A stretch of DNA of 64,000 bases from Octopus bimaculoides (lineage: Eukaryota). The stretch lies in assembly GCF_001194135.2 (NCBI RefSeq), contig NC_068986.1, positions 30,803,624 through 30,867,623 of the forward strand, read 5' to 3'. Below the pieces are notes generated by a model. That model was given only the letters and a program-made list of their open reading frames with translations. It searched no databases and was not told the DNA's origin. This document shows positions 26,599 through 39,702 of this stretch, piece by piece (position 1 is the first letter of the stretch; every line of letters starts with the position of its first letter). A program made the translations under genes and the position numbers.

Positions 26599-27020
26599 TG
26601 TAAACATTGCCGCCGCTTTGATTTGATTGGGACATATTGATTATATGCTTGTTTCTTTTGTTGCACAACTCAGATTAAAGAGCTCTTAACTTTTATTTCT
26701 CATCTCACCTTGGCATTATTTTTAGCTTTTTTTTTGTTTTTTTTTTAGCCATGGGGTGGGTTTTAACCTACTTTGCAATTCTTCAGATTTACTCATGCCT
26801 CTACAAGTGTTAAGTAATTCAGGCAGTTATTCTCTCTTAACAACAGGTGGAAAAAAAAAAAAAACAAGACAAAAATACTATTTACTCATTTTTATTAGAC
26901 TGTTACTTTTGAAACTGAAACATAAAAAAAAAAAAAAATCATGAACTTTAGAAAAAAAATTTTTTATTTATATATTTGGGAATGTATGATTGGGGCAGTT
27001 GTTTGTAACTGTCACGTGAT
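26599..27020. promoter_or_regulatory. Possible intronic enhancer or promoter motif cluster
   Basis: TGTAAACA (FOX-like, 26599-26606), TGATTGG twice (CCAAT box, 26624-30 and 26987-93), GTCACGTGAT (E-box, 27011-20) in non-repeat sequence. Motif evidence only. Confidence 0.2.
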
Positions 27021-27056
27021 GCCCTTGACAAGGAGACACTAGCACTCTCCCTCTCT

Positions 27057-27102
<46 letters not shown>

Positions 27103-27363
27103 CAAAATATTCTTTCAGTGTTTGTACACCAAATCCTCTCATGAGGGTTTGGTCAGTCTGAGGTTGTAGTAGAAAACACTTGGCCTAGGTGTCTTGCAAG
27201 TTACTTGGTAACCTCACTAGTACCAGTGTCATGAAAAAAAGCCCAGAGCATTAGGAAGGGCATTCAGCTGTAGAAACCATTCCAAAATAGACACTGGAGC
27301 TTGACAGGCTCATTGGATCCTGTAGAACTGTCCAATCCATGCCAGCGTGGAAGACGGAAGACA

Positions 27364-27577
27364 TTAACCCTTTAGAATTTAAACCAGCCATATTCGGCCC
27401 AAATATTCTATTTGTTTCATGTTCAAATCTGGCCTCTCACACCTATCCTACAATTTCATTCTGGAAATAAACAATCAATCATCAAAATCTCAAAACTACA
27501 AGATAATGCATGATTCAAAACATTATGAATAAATAAGCATTACATTTGACAAAATAATTTGAATGCTAAAGGGTTCA
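27364..27577. mobile_element. piggyBac-like MITE family 2 inserted at the TTAA of an RTE-type tail
   Basis: Flanks rejoin as GACA-TTAA-ATGATGATG, the standard RTE tail end. Confidence 0.75.
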
Positions 27578-29168
27578 ATGATGATGATAGTGATGATTGG
27601 GAATATGAAATATTTCACTTTTAGAATTTTTGAAGAGTTCTATCACTTTTGAAATGAGATAATTTTGAAATTTTATACTATGGCATTAGATTTCTCCCCA
27701 CCCCCAATATATTTCCCCTCTAAATTTCATTCTTTCAAACTTGTGTTGGAGCAGTTTTTAACTGTTGTTGGAAATTTGGATATTTACATTTTGTTGAGAC
27801 AGTTATTTCAAAACTTTGATGGCCTTCCTTTAGCTAACCATCCACCAGAGAAGAATGAGCCCTTATAGTTTTCAGTCATGCAGACTAAGGCAGTTAGTTA
27901 TGTACCTTGGCAGAGGACACAATACAAGTAGTAGTAACATTTGAATGTATAATCATCAGGTTGTTGTTCATCATCTTAACCCTGTCATGTTGTATTCCTG
28001 CTACAATGGGATTAGACTAAACATCTCTGCCAGATTCCCAGTAAAGTGGTGATGACCATCACACATAGCAAAAGATGCGGCTGATTCTGTCCATTATTTT
28101 GCTTGCAATCATTACCCTTGAGCTGTACATGCATCAATTTTTTTTTTTTTCTTGGGAAGCTTAAACTGAGAGGATTAAACCTAAAGGTTTTGGAAACTAT
28201 TTCTTTAATCCTTGGGAGACCAGGTCTGAGAGAGTTCAACTCAGAGCTTTAGGAAACTTGTCTCTTTAATCCACTCCTGTTGTGGCTTATATTTAAGTGT
28301 ATTATACTCACTGTAAAATAAGCTTTTTTAAAATTTTATTCAAATATGGTACTCTTTATTTTTTCTTCTTCCTGGGCTTGATGAAGCAAGGGGGGATGCC
28401 TATGACCTTTATTGGTCCTCTGAGACGGATAAATGGTGTTGATGTTCTACTTAAAACTATTGTAAGTCAGCACCTACAAGAAAGATCTGAACACGGAGTT
28501 AACTCAGTTTTTCTGTGATAAACATTAAAGTGATCATTTTACTGATTAGTTTTTCACATTCTTCCTTATCTTATAGTAGTAAGAGTTTGGAGAGCAAAAA
28601 AAAAAAAAAGTTTTGGATATTTATTATACTTTGTCAGAAGTAAGATTAATCTATTTTAACTTATTTATTATATGTGGCAGTAGAGGCGCAATGGCCCAGT
28701 GGTTAGGGCAGCGGACTCGCGGTCATAGGATTGCGGTTTCGATTCCCAGACCGGGCGTTGTGAGTGCTTATTGAGCGAAAACACCTGAAGCTCCACGAGG
28801 CTCTGGCAGGGGATGGTGGCGAACCCTGCTGTACTCTTTCAGCACAACTTTCTCTCACTCTTTTTTCCTGTTTCTGTTGTGCCTGTAATTCAAAGGGTCA
28901 GCCCTGTCACACTGTGTCACGCTGAATATCCCCGAGAACTATGTTAAGGGTACACGTGTCTGTGGAGTGCTCAGCCACTTGCATGTGAATTTCATGAGCA
29001 GGCTGTTCCGTTGATCGGATCAACTGGAACCCTCAACGTCGTAAGCGATNNNNNNNNNNGTAGTAAGAGTTTGGAGAGCAAAAAAAAAAAAAAGTTTTGG
29101 ATATTTATTATACTTTGTCAGAAGTAAGATTAATCTATTTTAACTTATTTATTATATGTGGCAGTAGA

Positions 29169-29547
29169 GGCGCAATGGCCCAGTGGTTAGGGCAGCGGAC
29201 TCGCGGTCATAGGATTGCGGTTTCGATTCCCAGACCGGGCGTTGTGAGTGCTTATTGAGCGAAAACACCTGAAGCTCCACGAGGCTCTGGCAGGGGATGG
29301 TGGCGAACCCTGCTGTACTCTTTCAGCACAACTTTCTCTCACTCTTTTTTCCTGTTTCTGTTGTGCCTGTAATTCAAAGGGTCAGCCCTGTCACACTGTG
29401 TCACGCTGAATATCCCCGAGAACTATGTTAAGGGTACACGTGTCTGTGGAGTGCTCAGCCACTTGCATGTGAATTTCATGAGCAGGCTGTTCCGTTGATC
29501 GGATCAACTGGAACCCTCAACGTCGTAAGCGATGGAGTGCCAACAAC
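29169..29547 (+). mobile_element. tRNA(Arg)-like SINE family C, ~380 bp, (CAA)n end; artefactual second copy at 28685-29049
   Basis: GGCGCAATGGCCCAGTGGTTAGGGCAGCGGACTCGCGGTCATAGGATTGCGGTTTCGATTCC head with A and B boxes; 18-bp TSD with 3 mismatches (29151-68 and 29548-65). Confidence 0.85.
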
Positions 29548-29888
29548 ATTATATGTGCCAATGGATTCACTAATATATTCACCATAGTGAATTTAATTTG
29601 ACACATTGTGAGCATTCTAATTTCTAAGAGCTCTACATTAGAAGTTCTAGTCATGTTAATGGTTTGATGTATCTTTGTATCTTAGTCTTGTGATTTTAAA
29701 GCAGTTTCTTCATCTGTATCAGATATTTTAATGCAGTGACTAATGTATATTAAGATTTTCAGTGAACAGTCTTTTGGTAAAATTTTGAATTCTAATTGAA
29801 ATTAACTGCATCACTAACTTCTGTTATGTTCTTCAGAAAGAAATATTAACACAACTTTTTTCCTTTTTTGCATCCAATAAATTTGAGA

Positions 29889-29941
<53 letters not shown>

Positions 29942-30355
29942 GTTTTTCATAGGAAAATAATTATGCTTTGTATTCCTTTACATGCAGATTGTGGAGAGTT
30001 TAGCTTTTACAATAACAAAATCATGGTATCTTGTCATNNNNNNNNNNNNNNNCACTTATTTAGGGGTGGGGGTATTATTGAAAGAGAAAATTTTCTTGTA
30101 AAATTTCTTAACATTCTAGGATTCAAAATGTTAGCCAAAATAATTATAAATGTATAAAATATGTATAAAATGTATATATATAAAAAAATTACATGTAATA
30201 TAAGTTACATTTTAGATAAAAGGAACATTATTTCAAGCGAGGTAAAATGAATTTCACATCAACAAAATAATGTGATTTTCTAAAAAGGTGCTTAACAGTA
30301 TGCCCATCTTCTGTTCAGAATCCAACTGAAAGCATAATTTTTTAGAAACTTTGTT

Positions 30356-30392
<37 letters not shown>

Positions 30393-32207
30393 CACGCACG
30401 CACGCACGCACACACGCACACACTGGGAAAATTGTCTGAATCTGAAAGCTTTCGTTTTTTTCTAAATATTTTAATGCTTTTCTGAAAAATCTTTCATCTG
30501 AAATGAGACAGTATAAGCTGACAGTTTGTGCAAAAAGAATTTCAATTTCTTGTTTGTTTTTGTCAACTAACTTTCAACTTTAGATGCCAGTCTTTATATA
30601 TTTCTGTTTATAATAAAGTGAGGTTCTGAAGAACTTTAACATTGCTCTATAAGAATTATGATTTTACTGATTTACTTACCAAGAGTTTTTGAATTATTTA
30701 ACTTGAAAAAATATCAAGATCTCTGTATTTATTTCTTTCATGTTCTAAGTTCAGTTGGTCAGTGTTTACAAATAGGAAGTTGTCAAGAACATATGATTAG
30801 AAACTGATTTCGTTTAAAACTATGAGCATTTTCAATGTTAAAGGGAATCTTTGATTTTGGTAAACTCAGTCGTCTGAGGTTACCATTCTCATATTTTCAA
30901 TTCTCTGTCACCTCAGCTCAACGACTATGCTATGTATTTGTGTGTAGATATTGGATACATGACTGGGTAAAGACTACTTTTAACTGTTTATAATTGCTCT
31001 CTCTCTCTCTCTCTCTCTCTAAATATCAGCAGCAGCATTATTTAACATCCATTTTTCATTAAGCCAAGGGATTGTGCCAAGCTCTATTGTTTGTTTTGGC
31101 TTAGTTTCTATGGCTGGATGCCCTAAACTTCTTGCTGTCAATTCACCTAAGGTATAGCTCTGACAAAGCAGACTTATAATCCAAAGGTTTTACAGCTGTT
31201 GCCTCATTTTATGTATCAATATATTGATTCTCCTAAGAGAATTTAGCAAACATGGAGATAGCTATGTCGAGGAGTTTGGATGAAACAGAAACATGTTCAA
31301 AGTAATCACTCAAACTTTCCAAAATCAAATTGAAATAATGTTCTCATGACTGAGCTCATGTTTTCTTTAATTAATGTTTTAATTACTTCTAATTTTTTTT
31401 TCTCATTACATTAGATATTATGGCACTAACTGGACTATTACTCTATCTAAGACTGCTTTAACTAGTATATGTTTTTATGGAGAGTGTGGCAAGAAGAGGA
31501 GCAGGATTTATTTTGTCATTTCCAGCAGGTAGAGAAACTGCATTGAATGAATATCGAATATCCTCTTGAAGTGTTTTCACTAGTACTGGTGGGACAAAAT
31601 AAAAAAAAAAAAGGGAAAAAAAAACTTTCAGTTAATCATCTGAGAATTGGAGGAAAATATAAAATAATTACAATATTGATTATTCAAGAATATTACCAAT
31701 CAAGTTGAGAGTTGATCTTATTTATTATTTAAATATTTCATCATAATAAAACACAATTGCATCTTTCTTTCTAATGAAGACTTTTAATGATATCAAACTT
31801 GTGTTTGGTATTATGTGCGTGCGTGTGTGTGTGGTGTGGTGTGGTGTGGTGGGGTGGGTGGGTGTGTTTAGATACATTTTGTGTGTGGGTGTGTTTGGCA
31901 TATTGTGTGTGGTCATTAGGCTTCAATTATGAACTTCTGAAATGTCTTGCTTTTGAGCGAGTTAACTAAATTTGTGTGTTGTGGATAAATCAACTGTTCC
32001 TAGATGACTGAATTAATATATTGTCACGTAGTCTAGTGCCCCTCTGTCTGGTTAGTAATAGGAACCTATTGTCAAACTACAATAGCTTTTAAGTTCTGCA
32101 TCAATTTGGTTATTAATGTTCTACATCACATTCACAACAACTGGGGCATTGACTTAGCTTTCAGATTCTAAAAGTTTACAAGGTCAATATTTACAATATT
32201 GAATTTG

Positions 32208-32244
<37 letters not shown>

Positions 32245-32449
32245 TGGTTCCTATTCCAGAGAACAATATCTATTTATTGTTGTTTGCAATTAATAGCCAT
32301 TTTTCTTTGCATAGTTCATCTCTCTCTCTCTCTCCTTTTTTTTATGACTCCCCAGGTCAACCCTGATCAAACACTCATAATGGAAGACATTCCCAATGAA
32401 GCCTTTCCCATTTTTTTTTCTTTTTTGGCATGCACACACACACACACAT

Positions 32450-32652
32450 ACACATGTGATGGTCTTTTTTCTGTTTCGTCTACAAAATCTACTCAAAAGT
32501 CGATGGGCTTCTTTCAGTTTCCATCTACCAAATCCACTCACAAGGTTTTGGTTGGCCCGAGGCTATAGTAGAAGACAATTGCCCAGGGTGCCACGCAGTG
32601 GGACTGAACCCGGAACCCTGTGGTTCATAAGCAAGCTACTTACCACACAGCC
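32450..32652 (-). mobile_element. SINE A 5' half with an internal ~45-bp duplication, abutting an RTE
   Basis: Matches 460-610. The segment GATGG..CTT(C/T)TT..GTTTC..TCTAC.AAATC.ACTCA.AAG occurs twice in tandem. Confidence 0.8.
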
Positions 32653-33262
32653 TGAACATCTTGAGAGAAAAGCTGAACATTAGAAGCATCAGTTGTGGTG
32701 TGCAAGAGAGACGATTGCGCTGGTATGGACATGTGGTGAGAATGGATGAGGATAGCTGCGTGAAAAAGTGCCACACCCTAACAGTTGAGGGAACCCGTGG
32801 AAGAGGTAGGCCCAGGAAGACCTGGGCTGAGGTGGTGAGGCAAGACCTTCGTACATTGGGCCTCACCGAGGCGATGACTNNNNNNNNNNNNNNNNNNNNN
32901 NNNNNNNNNNNNNNNNNNNNNNNNNNNNNNNNNNNNNNNNNNNNNNNNNNNNNNNNNNNNNNNNNNNNNNNNNNNNNNNNNNNNNNNNNNNNNNNNNNNN
33001 NNNNNNNNNNNNNNNNNNNNNNNNNNNNNGGCACATAAAAGACACCATTTCGAGCGTGGCCGTTTTTGTGCGGGTGACACGTAAAAGCACCCACTACACT
33101 CTTTGAGTGGTTGGCGTTAGGAAGGGCATCCAGCTGTAGAAACTCTGCCAAATTAGATTGGAGCCTGGTGTTGCCATCCGGTTTCACCAGTCCTCAGTCA
33201 AATCGTCCAACCCATGCTAGCATGGAAAGCGGACGTTAAACGATGATGATGATGATGATGAT
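32653..33262 (+). mobile_element. Young 5'-truncated RTE LINE with open ORF2 C-terminus, N gap, 3' UTR and (GAT)n tail
   Basis: ORF 32661-: REKLNIRSISCGVQERRLRWYGHVVRMDEDSCVKKCHTLTVEGTRGRGRPRKTWAEVVRQDLRTLGLTEAMT, with no stops before the gap. Confidence 0.93.
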
Positions 33263-36226
33263 AGACACACACACATATATATCTTCATCATTTTGAAAAA
33301 AGTGAAATGGGTAAGAATATTAGGAATAATGAGTCATCTACTGATTTATAATTCTACCAAATTTTACCAACAAATACATAAACCCTGGCTGGATTCCATA
33401 TTATGTCAGAAGGCTTGTGACCAGGTATAATTGTTGGTTGTCACTATAAATGTTAGTAGTCATAGTTAAAATTATTTGTCCTTGCTGTTGTCCCAAACGT
33501 CTGCAGTATTTAACAGAATTCACTGTCACTATACTTGTTAGTTCTGTTCTGAATGATGGCTCGCTTGGCCAAAATTCAGTTTAGATGTTAATTGACTATA
33601 ATTATTGTGGTGTTGCCAAGTCGTGATGATTCTTGTAGCCAAAATGGTATTGAACACATAGATGTTGTTTAATTTTGTTTCCTCCTCAACCAATATAGGA
33701 AGGTGTCCTTGTTTTAAGGTATGAACTGGTTGAGGTATCTCTATATCTGAATACAGTTTCTAGGCANNNNNNNNNNAATATTTAATTCTAACATAGGAAA
33801 ATAATACAATCCATGTTAAGCTGTTTGCTCTTACTCTACAGCTTGGATCAGTGAGAGCTTCACCATGAACAGGGTACCCTCACATAGAGAAATTCAAATA
33901 CTGAACATCCAGACTGGCTTGCTAATTATTTTATAGGCTTGTCCAGCTGTTGTAACTCTCTGCCCTATTGTTTACTAAGACTGTTGCTGTGATTCTCATT
34001 AACTGTTCTTTTGTTAGAGTTGGTCATTGGGAAATATTTAGCTAAGCAGCTCCCCACTTTTAAAAAGAAAAGAAGAAAATAAAAACACTTGGACTTATTG
34101 CTTAACTCCCCATCTCTTTCTGTTATATCTTTCATTAGTAAGAGTAGGTGTGTGCATGCACGTGCATACACACCCTCTCTTTTTTTCTTTATATTAGTTA
34201 GAACAGGTTACTTACTCTGTGTCACACATGTGTGCATGCATACCATTTACTTTCACACATTACTCATTCTTGAAACAAATTTAATGAAACAAAAAGAAAT
34301 TCTGTGATTGCTTCGTGAGTGTGGATCATACTGAAACAGTGATTCTGTTATTGCCTGTGATACTACCATGTTGTGTAGCAATCCTATTAATGTAGATTGC
34401 AGTAATTGAGGTACTGAAATATTATTAAAAAAAATCAAACTATGCAGTATTATAATACACTTCCTTTCATTAACTTCTGTGTCATTAATGTTGAACCAGT
34501 ACTAGACAAGTCTTTTGCTTGGTTGAGGATGTTTTGTATTTATATCTTGTTTGCATGGGTTGAACATGTTTTAACAATATATATTGGTGGAAAATTGTGT
34601 GTGTGTGCATGTGGTTGCTATTAACTGTCATATGTCCAAATTAGGTCAAATACGTTTTTCTCAATATTTAATTTTGCTTGGAATAGTTGTTTTGTTTTTT
34701 TTTGTCAAACTATTGTATCTCCAGCTGCTTCAGATGCCAAGATATGAAAATTGTCAAAATATCGTACAATGGCCTGGCATTTTCCAAAAGTGTAGAAAGT
34801 CCTACATGCTACAGTTTTGCAAAAATATTTCTGACTGAAAATATCATACATGCATGGAGTTACTATTTTATGCACCCAACAAACTATAATTGTTATGAAA
34901 CTGTTGCTAATGTAAAAAGAAACGAAATGGTGAAACTATTTTTTTCATTTTCTGAAAAAGCAACGTTTTGGACTTACAACACTTTTGCATAATAGCAACA
35001 ATATATTACTTGTTTCAATCATAGGACTGGCTATGCTGGGGTACCCCTCAAACAGTTTGCTAGAACAAATTCAGTACTTACTTTTTAAGTCTGACACTTA
35101 CTCTTTCAGTCTTTTTTACGGAACTGCTAAGTTACAAAGACATAAACAAACAAACACTGGTTGTGAAGGGGTAAGCTGGAGGGAACACAAAGACACAAAC
35201 ACATACACATATATATATATACAACAAGCAGTTGTCAATTATACAATGTCGTAGCTACTTATAGAATCTCTTTGATCCTATGCTACCTTTATGCAGCTAA
35301 GTAGGTCATTGGCAGTTAAATACCTTAGTCAGAGGCACATTTCAGCCCTGGTAACTGGATATGGAGTGCTAGCCCCTTTGGTGGTTATCTTGTAGGCACT
35401 ATCAAGTCATTATTATCATTGTCTGTTTTTCCATGCTAGCATGGGTTGAATGAGTCTGCCTCATTTCTCTATCACCTGACTCACACAATAAAGGAGATTA
35501 GCAATCCCCATTGCTGTGTATGACTTTTGTTTTCCCTTTTGGCTTTGTTTTTATGGCTGGATGCTTTTCTCATCATCAACCATTTTTACAGAATGGATTG
35601 GGTGCATTTTATACCACTGACATGAAAAAGGTTCTCTGCCATAACAACTCAGCCATTGCATATAAATTAATTTTTATTCTGTTCTACATAAAACAAGTTG
35701 ATTGAGTGCAGCGGTAAAATTTCCAAATTATTGCTTGATAATATTGCATTCAGAACCTATTGACTTATGCATCGTATTTTGTGTAAGTCTTTTGCATTTT
35801 TTAATAAGCTTTCATATTTCATCTCTATGTATGAACGTGTCTGTGAGTACAGTTCGAAACACTGTCAGAACACATCATACAACATTTACTGTATAAAAGT
35901 TTTCCTGCATTTATTTGTTTGTAATTGTAATGCTGTTAATAGTAAAAGCATTATGGAGGAAAGTAAAAAGTAATTATCTCATTACATATCAGTTTGATTG
36001 ATTAGTAATGGTTTGTAATTTACTATTATTTTGTTATTATATTTGATGAAATATTTTATAAATATTTTTTACAGACAATTCATAACAGATAATTTACGAT
36101 ATTAAAAACTTATTTCTAATTGTTACTGCAATGTATGTTTTTGTTCATCAATTGTACATTATTTCAAAGAATAATTTATTTAATATGATTATTTTAAAAA
36201 TAATAATGTAATGTGATGTTTTTCAG

Positions 36227-36321
36227 GTATGGCACAAAAGTTGCTTCAAATGCGAAGTCTGTGGAATGACCTTAAATATGAAGAATTACAAGGGATATGA
36301 CAAAAAACCTTTTTGTGTGGC
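36227..36321 (+). CDS. LASP1: Lasp (LIM and SH3 domain protein) coding exon 2: C-terminal part of the LIM domain; 95 nt, phase 0 to phase 2
   Basis: tttttcag|GTATGG...GTGGC|gtaagt. Translation [32 protein letters not shown] aligns with human LASP1 [32 protein letters not shown] (recalled). Zinc ligands H, C, C, C, C are present. Confidence 0.97.
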
Positions 36322-36460
36322 GTAAGTATTCTATTCTATAACAAACATCTTTGCCCAGGTTTCCAATTTTATCATCCAGTTCCTCTTATTTGTAGAAGAG
36401 ATAGTATGTCTTGCTAGGATATCTTACCCTTTTGGACATTTCCTTCTAACATATGATATG

Positions 36461-36729
36461 GGTGCAGGTGTGGCTGTGTGGTAAGGAGTTTACTTCTTGA
36501 TCACATGGTTCCGGGTTCAGTCCCACTGCATGGTACCTTCAATAAATTTCTCCTGCTATAGCTCTGGGCTGACCAAATCCTAATAAGTGATATGGTAGAT
36601 AAAGGTTGACTTTGCCTTTCATCCTTTTGTGGTCAATAAATTAAGTACCAGTTGCTTACTGGGGTCGGTCTAATCGACTGGCTCCCTCCCCCAGAAATGT
36701 TGGGCCTTGTGCCTAGAGTAGAAAAGAAT
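36461..36729 (+). mobile_element. Chimeric SINE: family A head fused to family B 3' half
   Basis: 36461-36600 is the A head (GGTGCAGGTGTGGCTGTGTGG...GGTAGAT); 36601-36729 is the B body (GTTGACTTTGCCTTTCATCC...AAGTACCAG...CTGGGGTCG). Confidence 0.75.
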
Positions 36730-38866
36730 GTAAATAATGTTTACAAATAATTATTATCCTTAAAAATATTCCTTTCACTGTAATTTAATTTAAAACAAAA
36801 TTTGTTCTTCATTTGTGCTTTGTTAGTCAACTTTCAAATACATCTTTTATCAACATACCTGCCCCTTTTTTTTTCTTGAAGTCTGGTTTCTACTCATCTT
36901 GAATGCCTTTCGGATATAAACTACTATCGATCAGATGTTACCAATAGAACAGTCTTCATAGTGTTTTTTTTTTTTTTTGTGGTTTCTTGGCATTTAAAGA
37001 ATCATAACTTTGTTTCTAAAAAAATACCTATCTTTTGGAAAAATTGGTAGCATTTCTTTAAAGCAAGTAGGATGATGGTATAAGAGTGAAAACAAATGTC
37101 CATTAAGTCTTGAGGGAATTTAATTGTTAGCTTTGGTCATAGTCATGTATTAAACAAATGAGATACATCCATTAAACAGATTAGATACCTTTCCCTCTGG
37201 ATAAGATAAGACACTATTCCAAGATGGTCTGATTCCTATTTCTAGCAGCTTGCTAAATGTTGGTGTGTTGAATTAAGAGTGCCTCTAACTTCACAAATTC
37301 TGCAGTAAATTTGAACTCAAAAGACTTATGAGTCAAAAGTGAACAGCATACCTGTGTATGTGCTGTTGTTACTGCATGACTATGTATATGTTGTTGTCAG
37401 TGTGTGATTAAGTTAAGTCTGGCAATGGTTTCATAATAAAATAGCTTTCAAATTCATGGCTGATGATGCTTAGAAGTGTTGAAGAAGAAAACTCATTCAT
37501 TGAAAAATTCAAACTACTTCTGTTTTCTATTAGCTTTCCTATTACATTTGTTATCTGGATAAGTGTGGTATTAATTCAAAAGGTTGATTTTTACTCTTGT
37601 TCACTTGAGCCTGTCAATGTTTTGTTTCTTTTCTTTCATTTTGTTTTTCTTCATTTAGTTCTTTAGTAGAGAGCAAGATCTCTATCAAATATTAACTCAA
37701 TATAAAATAATGGTAGATTCTGCTTGTTTCATTTTATCTCTTTATTTACTGTTGGCATATTTGATTTCCACAGGGTTCAATAAATGAAAATGATGTGAAG
37801 AGCCCAGTCATGTAGACAAGCTAAAATAGACTTTTATGTTCCTTCTGATTAGAATAATAATAAACTAATAGATATTTTATTTTTTGTATACATGTTTTTA
37901 TGCATAGAAATGAGATGTAGATTTGGATAGGAATTGTAAAAAAATAACAATGAAATACAGTGTACAATTTTTAGCAGTTGAACATTTGACAGTTAAACAA
38001 TATTGCTGGGGTGAGGGGGAGGGGTGTGTGTGTGCAGCTTGTGATGATGCAAAGCATGCTATTTTGTGTTGTTTGTAATTTATTATGAGAAGATTTGAGA
38101 GCTCAGACAAAACCGGTATAATCCATGACAGATTTCATTGTTTAAAGACAATGAAACTAAAATACTCAAAATAAATGAGCACTTGGACATGCAAGATACA
38201 CCATTCATTTACACAAGACCCAACCCACATAGTTCCTGTCACATGTAAAATTACCCTCAAATGTCCAAGCACATAACATCATAAGAACACTACTTTTCAT
38301 TCACATAATTTAGACAAATGCAAAAATCACCATGCATAAAAATAATAACAGCATTAGTAATCTTGTTAATACTAATCACACCACCAGAAGTAAGTGCAGA
38401 AGAACAGTAGTAATTATTGTATTCCAACAAAGTTTATCTTCTCTGCCTCCACTTTGGCAGCCACTACATTATTCCTATTGTAAACCCAGGGGAATAGATT
38501 AGAGAGGAAAGAAAATACATGCCCAGACTGTCACACTGTCCTCCATATAATAAAGTATCTTTCCATGGGTTAGACTGTGTGTTATATAGGGCATTTGATC
38601 TGTGGATTATATTTAGTTTAACCTACAGCCTATGAGCCAACAAGGGAGTCTGTACATCAGGGGCCAGGAAAGTGATCAGTATTGGCCTCTGGGGTCCTAT
38701 GTGGCTCTCCAAGGGATTGATAAACACCTGAAATGATTTTGAAGTTTTAAATGTATTTGATTTTTATCAATATGACTGAATTTTTATTGTTCTTTATCAG
38801 TTTCAGTAAATATTTTTCATTAAATCTATTTTAAATTTACCTATTAAAAAGCAGTAATCACACAAG

Positions 38867-38906
<40 letters not shown>

Positions 38907-39107
38907 CTGTGTGGGGACCAGCTTGTCAAAAAGTCATAAAAAGCAACTAAAAGAGGTTTGCACTCTAACCTTGTAAAACCCTCACCAGCAATGACAACCC
39001 AATCAGAGCCATGGGTTTTGGAGGGTTGTCACCTGAGTGGTGTAAAGGTGTCATCTGCCAGGAATAGGGATTCACCAACAAATGGTGGATGCAGCAATGC
39101 GCTGTTA

Positions 39108-39112
39108 TACTA

Positions 39113-39150
<38 letters not shown>

Positions 39151-39167
39151 ACTACTACTACTACTGC
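39108..39167. repeat. Compound trinucleotide repeat (TAC)7(TGC)7(TAC)5(TGC)
   Basis: Direct reading of the sequence. Confidence 0.95.
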
Positions 39168-39228
39168 TGACACAAAAGGATGAAAGAATTGTTCTTAAAC
39201 CAAGAAGTTTTTTATTGTATTTTCTCAT

Positions 39229-39450
39229 TACTCTTTTTTTTACTCTTTTACTTGTTTCAGTCATTTGACTGTGGCCATGCTGGAGCACCGCCTTTAGTTG
39301 AGCAAATCAACCCCAGGACTTATTCTTTGTAAGCCTACTACTTATTCTATTGGTCTCTTGCCGAACTGCTAAGTTATGGGGGTGTAAACACACCACCATC
39401 GGTTGTCAAGCAATGTTGGGGGGACAAACACAGACACACAAACATATAGA

Positions 39451-39544
<94 letters not shown>

Positions 39545-39702
39545 CGACAGGCTTCTTTCAGTTTCTGTCTATCAAATCCACTCATAAGGCTTTGGTCGAC
39601 CCGAGGCTATAGTAGAAGACACTTGCCCAAGGTGCCACGCAGTGGGAATGAACCCGGAACCATGTGGTTTGTAAGCAAGCTACTTACCACACAGCCACTC
39701 CT
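39229..39702 (-). mobile_element. Young full-length SINE A with a long internal (CA)n
   Basis: Close match to 198-622. Confidence 0.9.

Noticed and set aside
28685-28760. tRNA-like sequences at SINE heads (families A-D)
   Set aside because: They lack a complete cloverleaf and continue into SINE bodies with TSDs, so they are not tRNA genes.
33690-33699. CArG box CCAATATAGG (another, CCAAATATGG, at 21081-90)
   Set aside because: About four such 10-mers are expected by chance at this composition (hand estimate), and one lies inside an RTE UTR.
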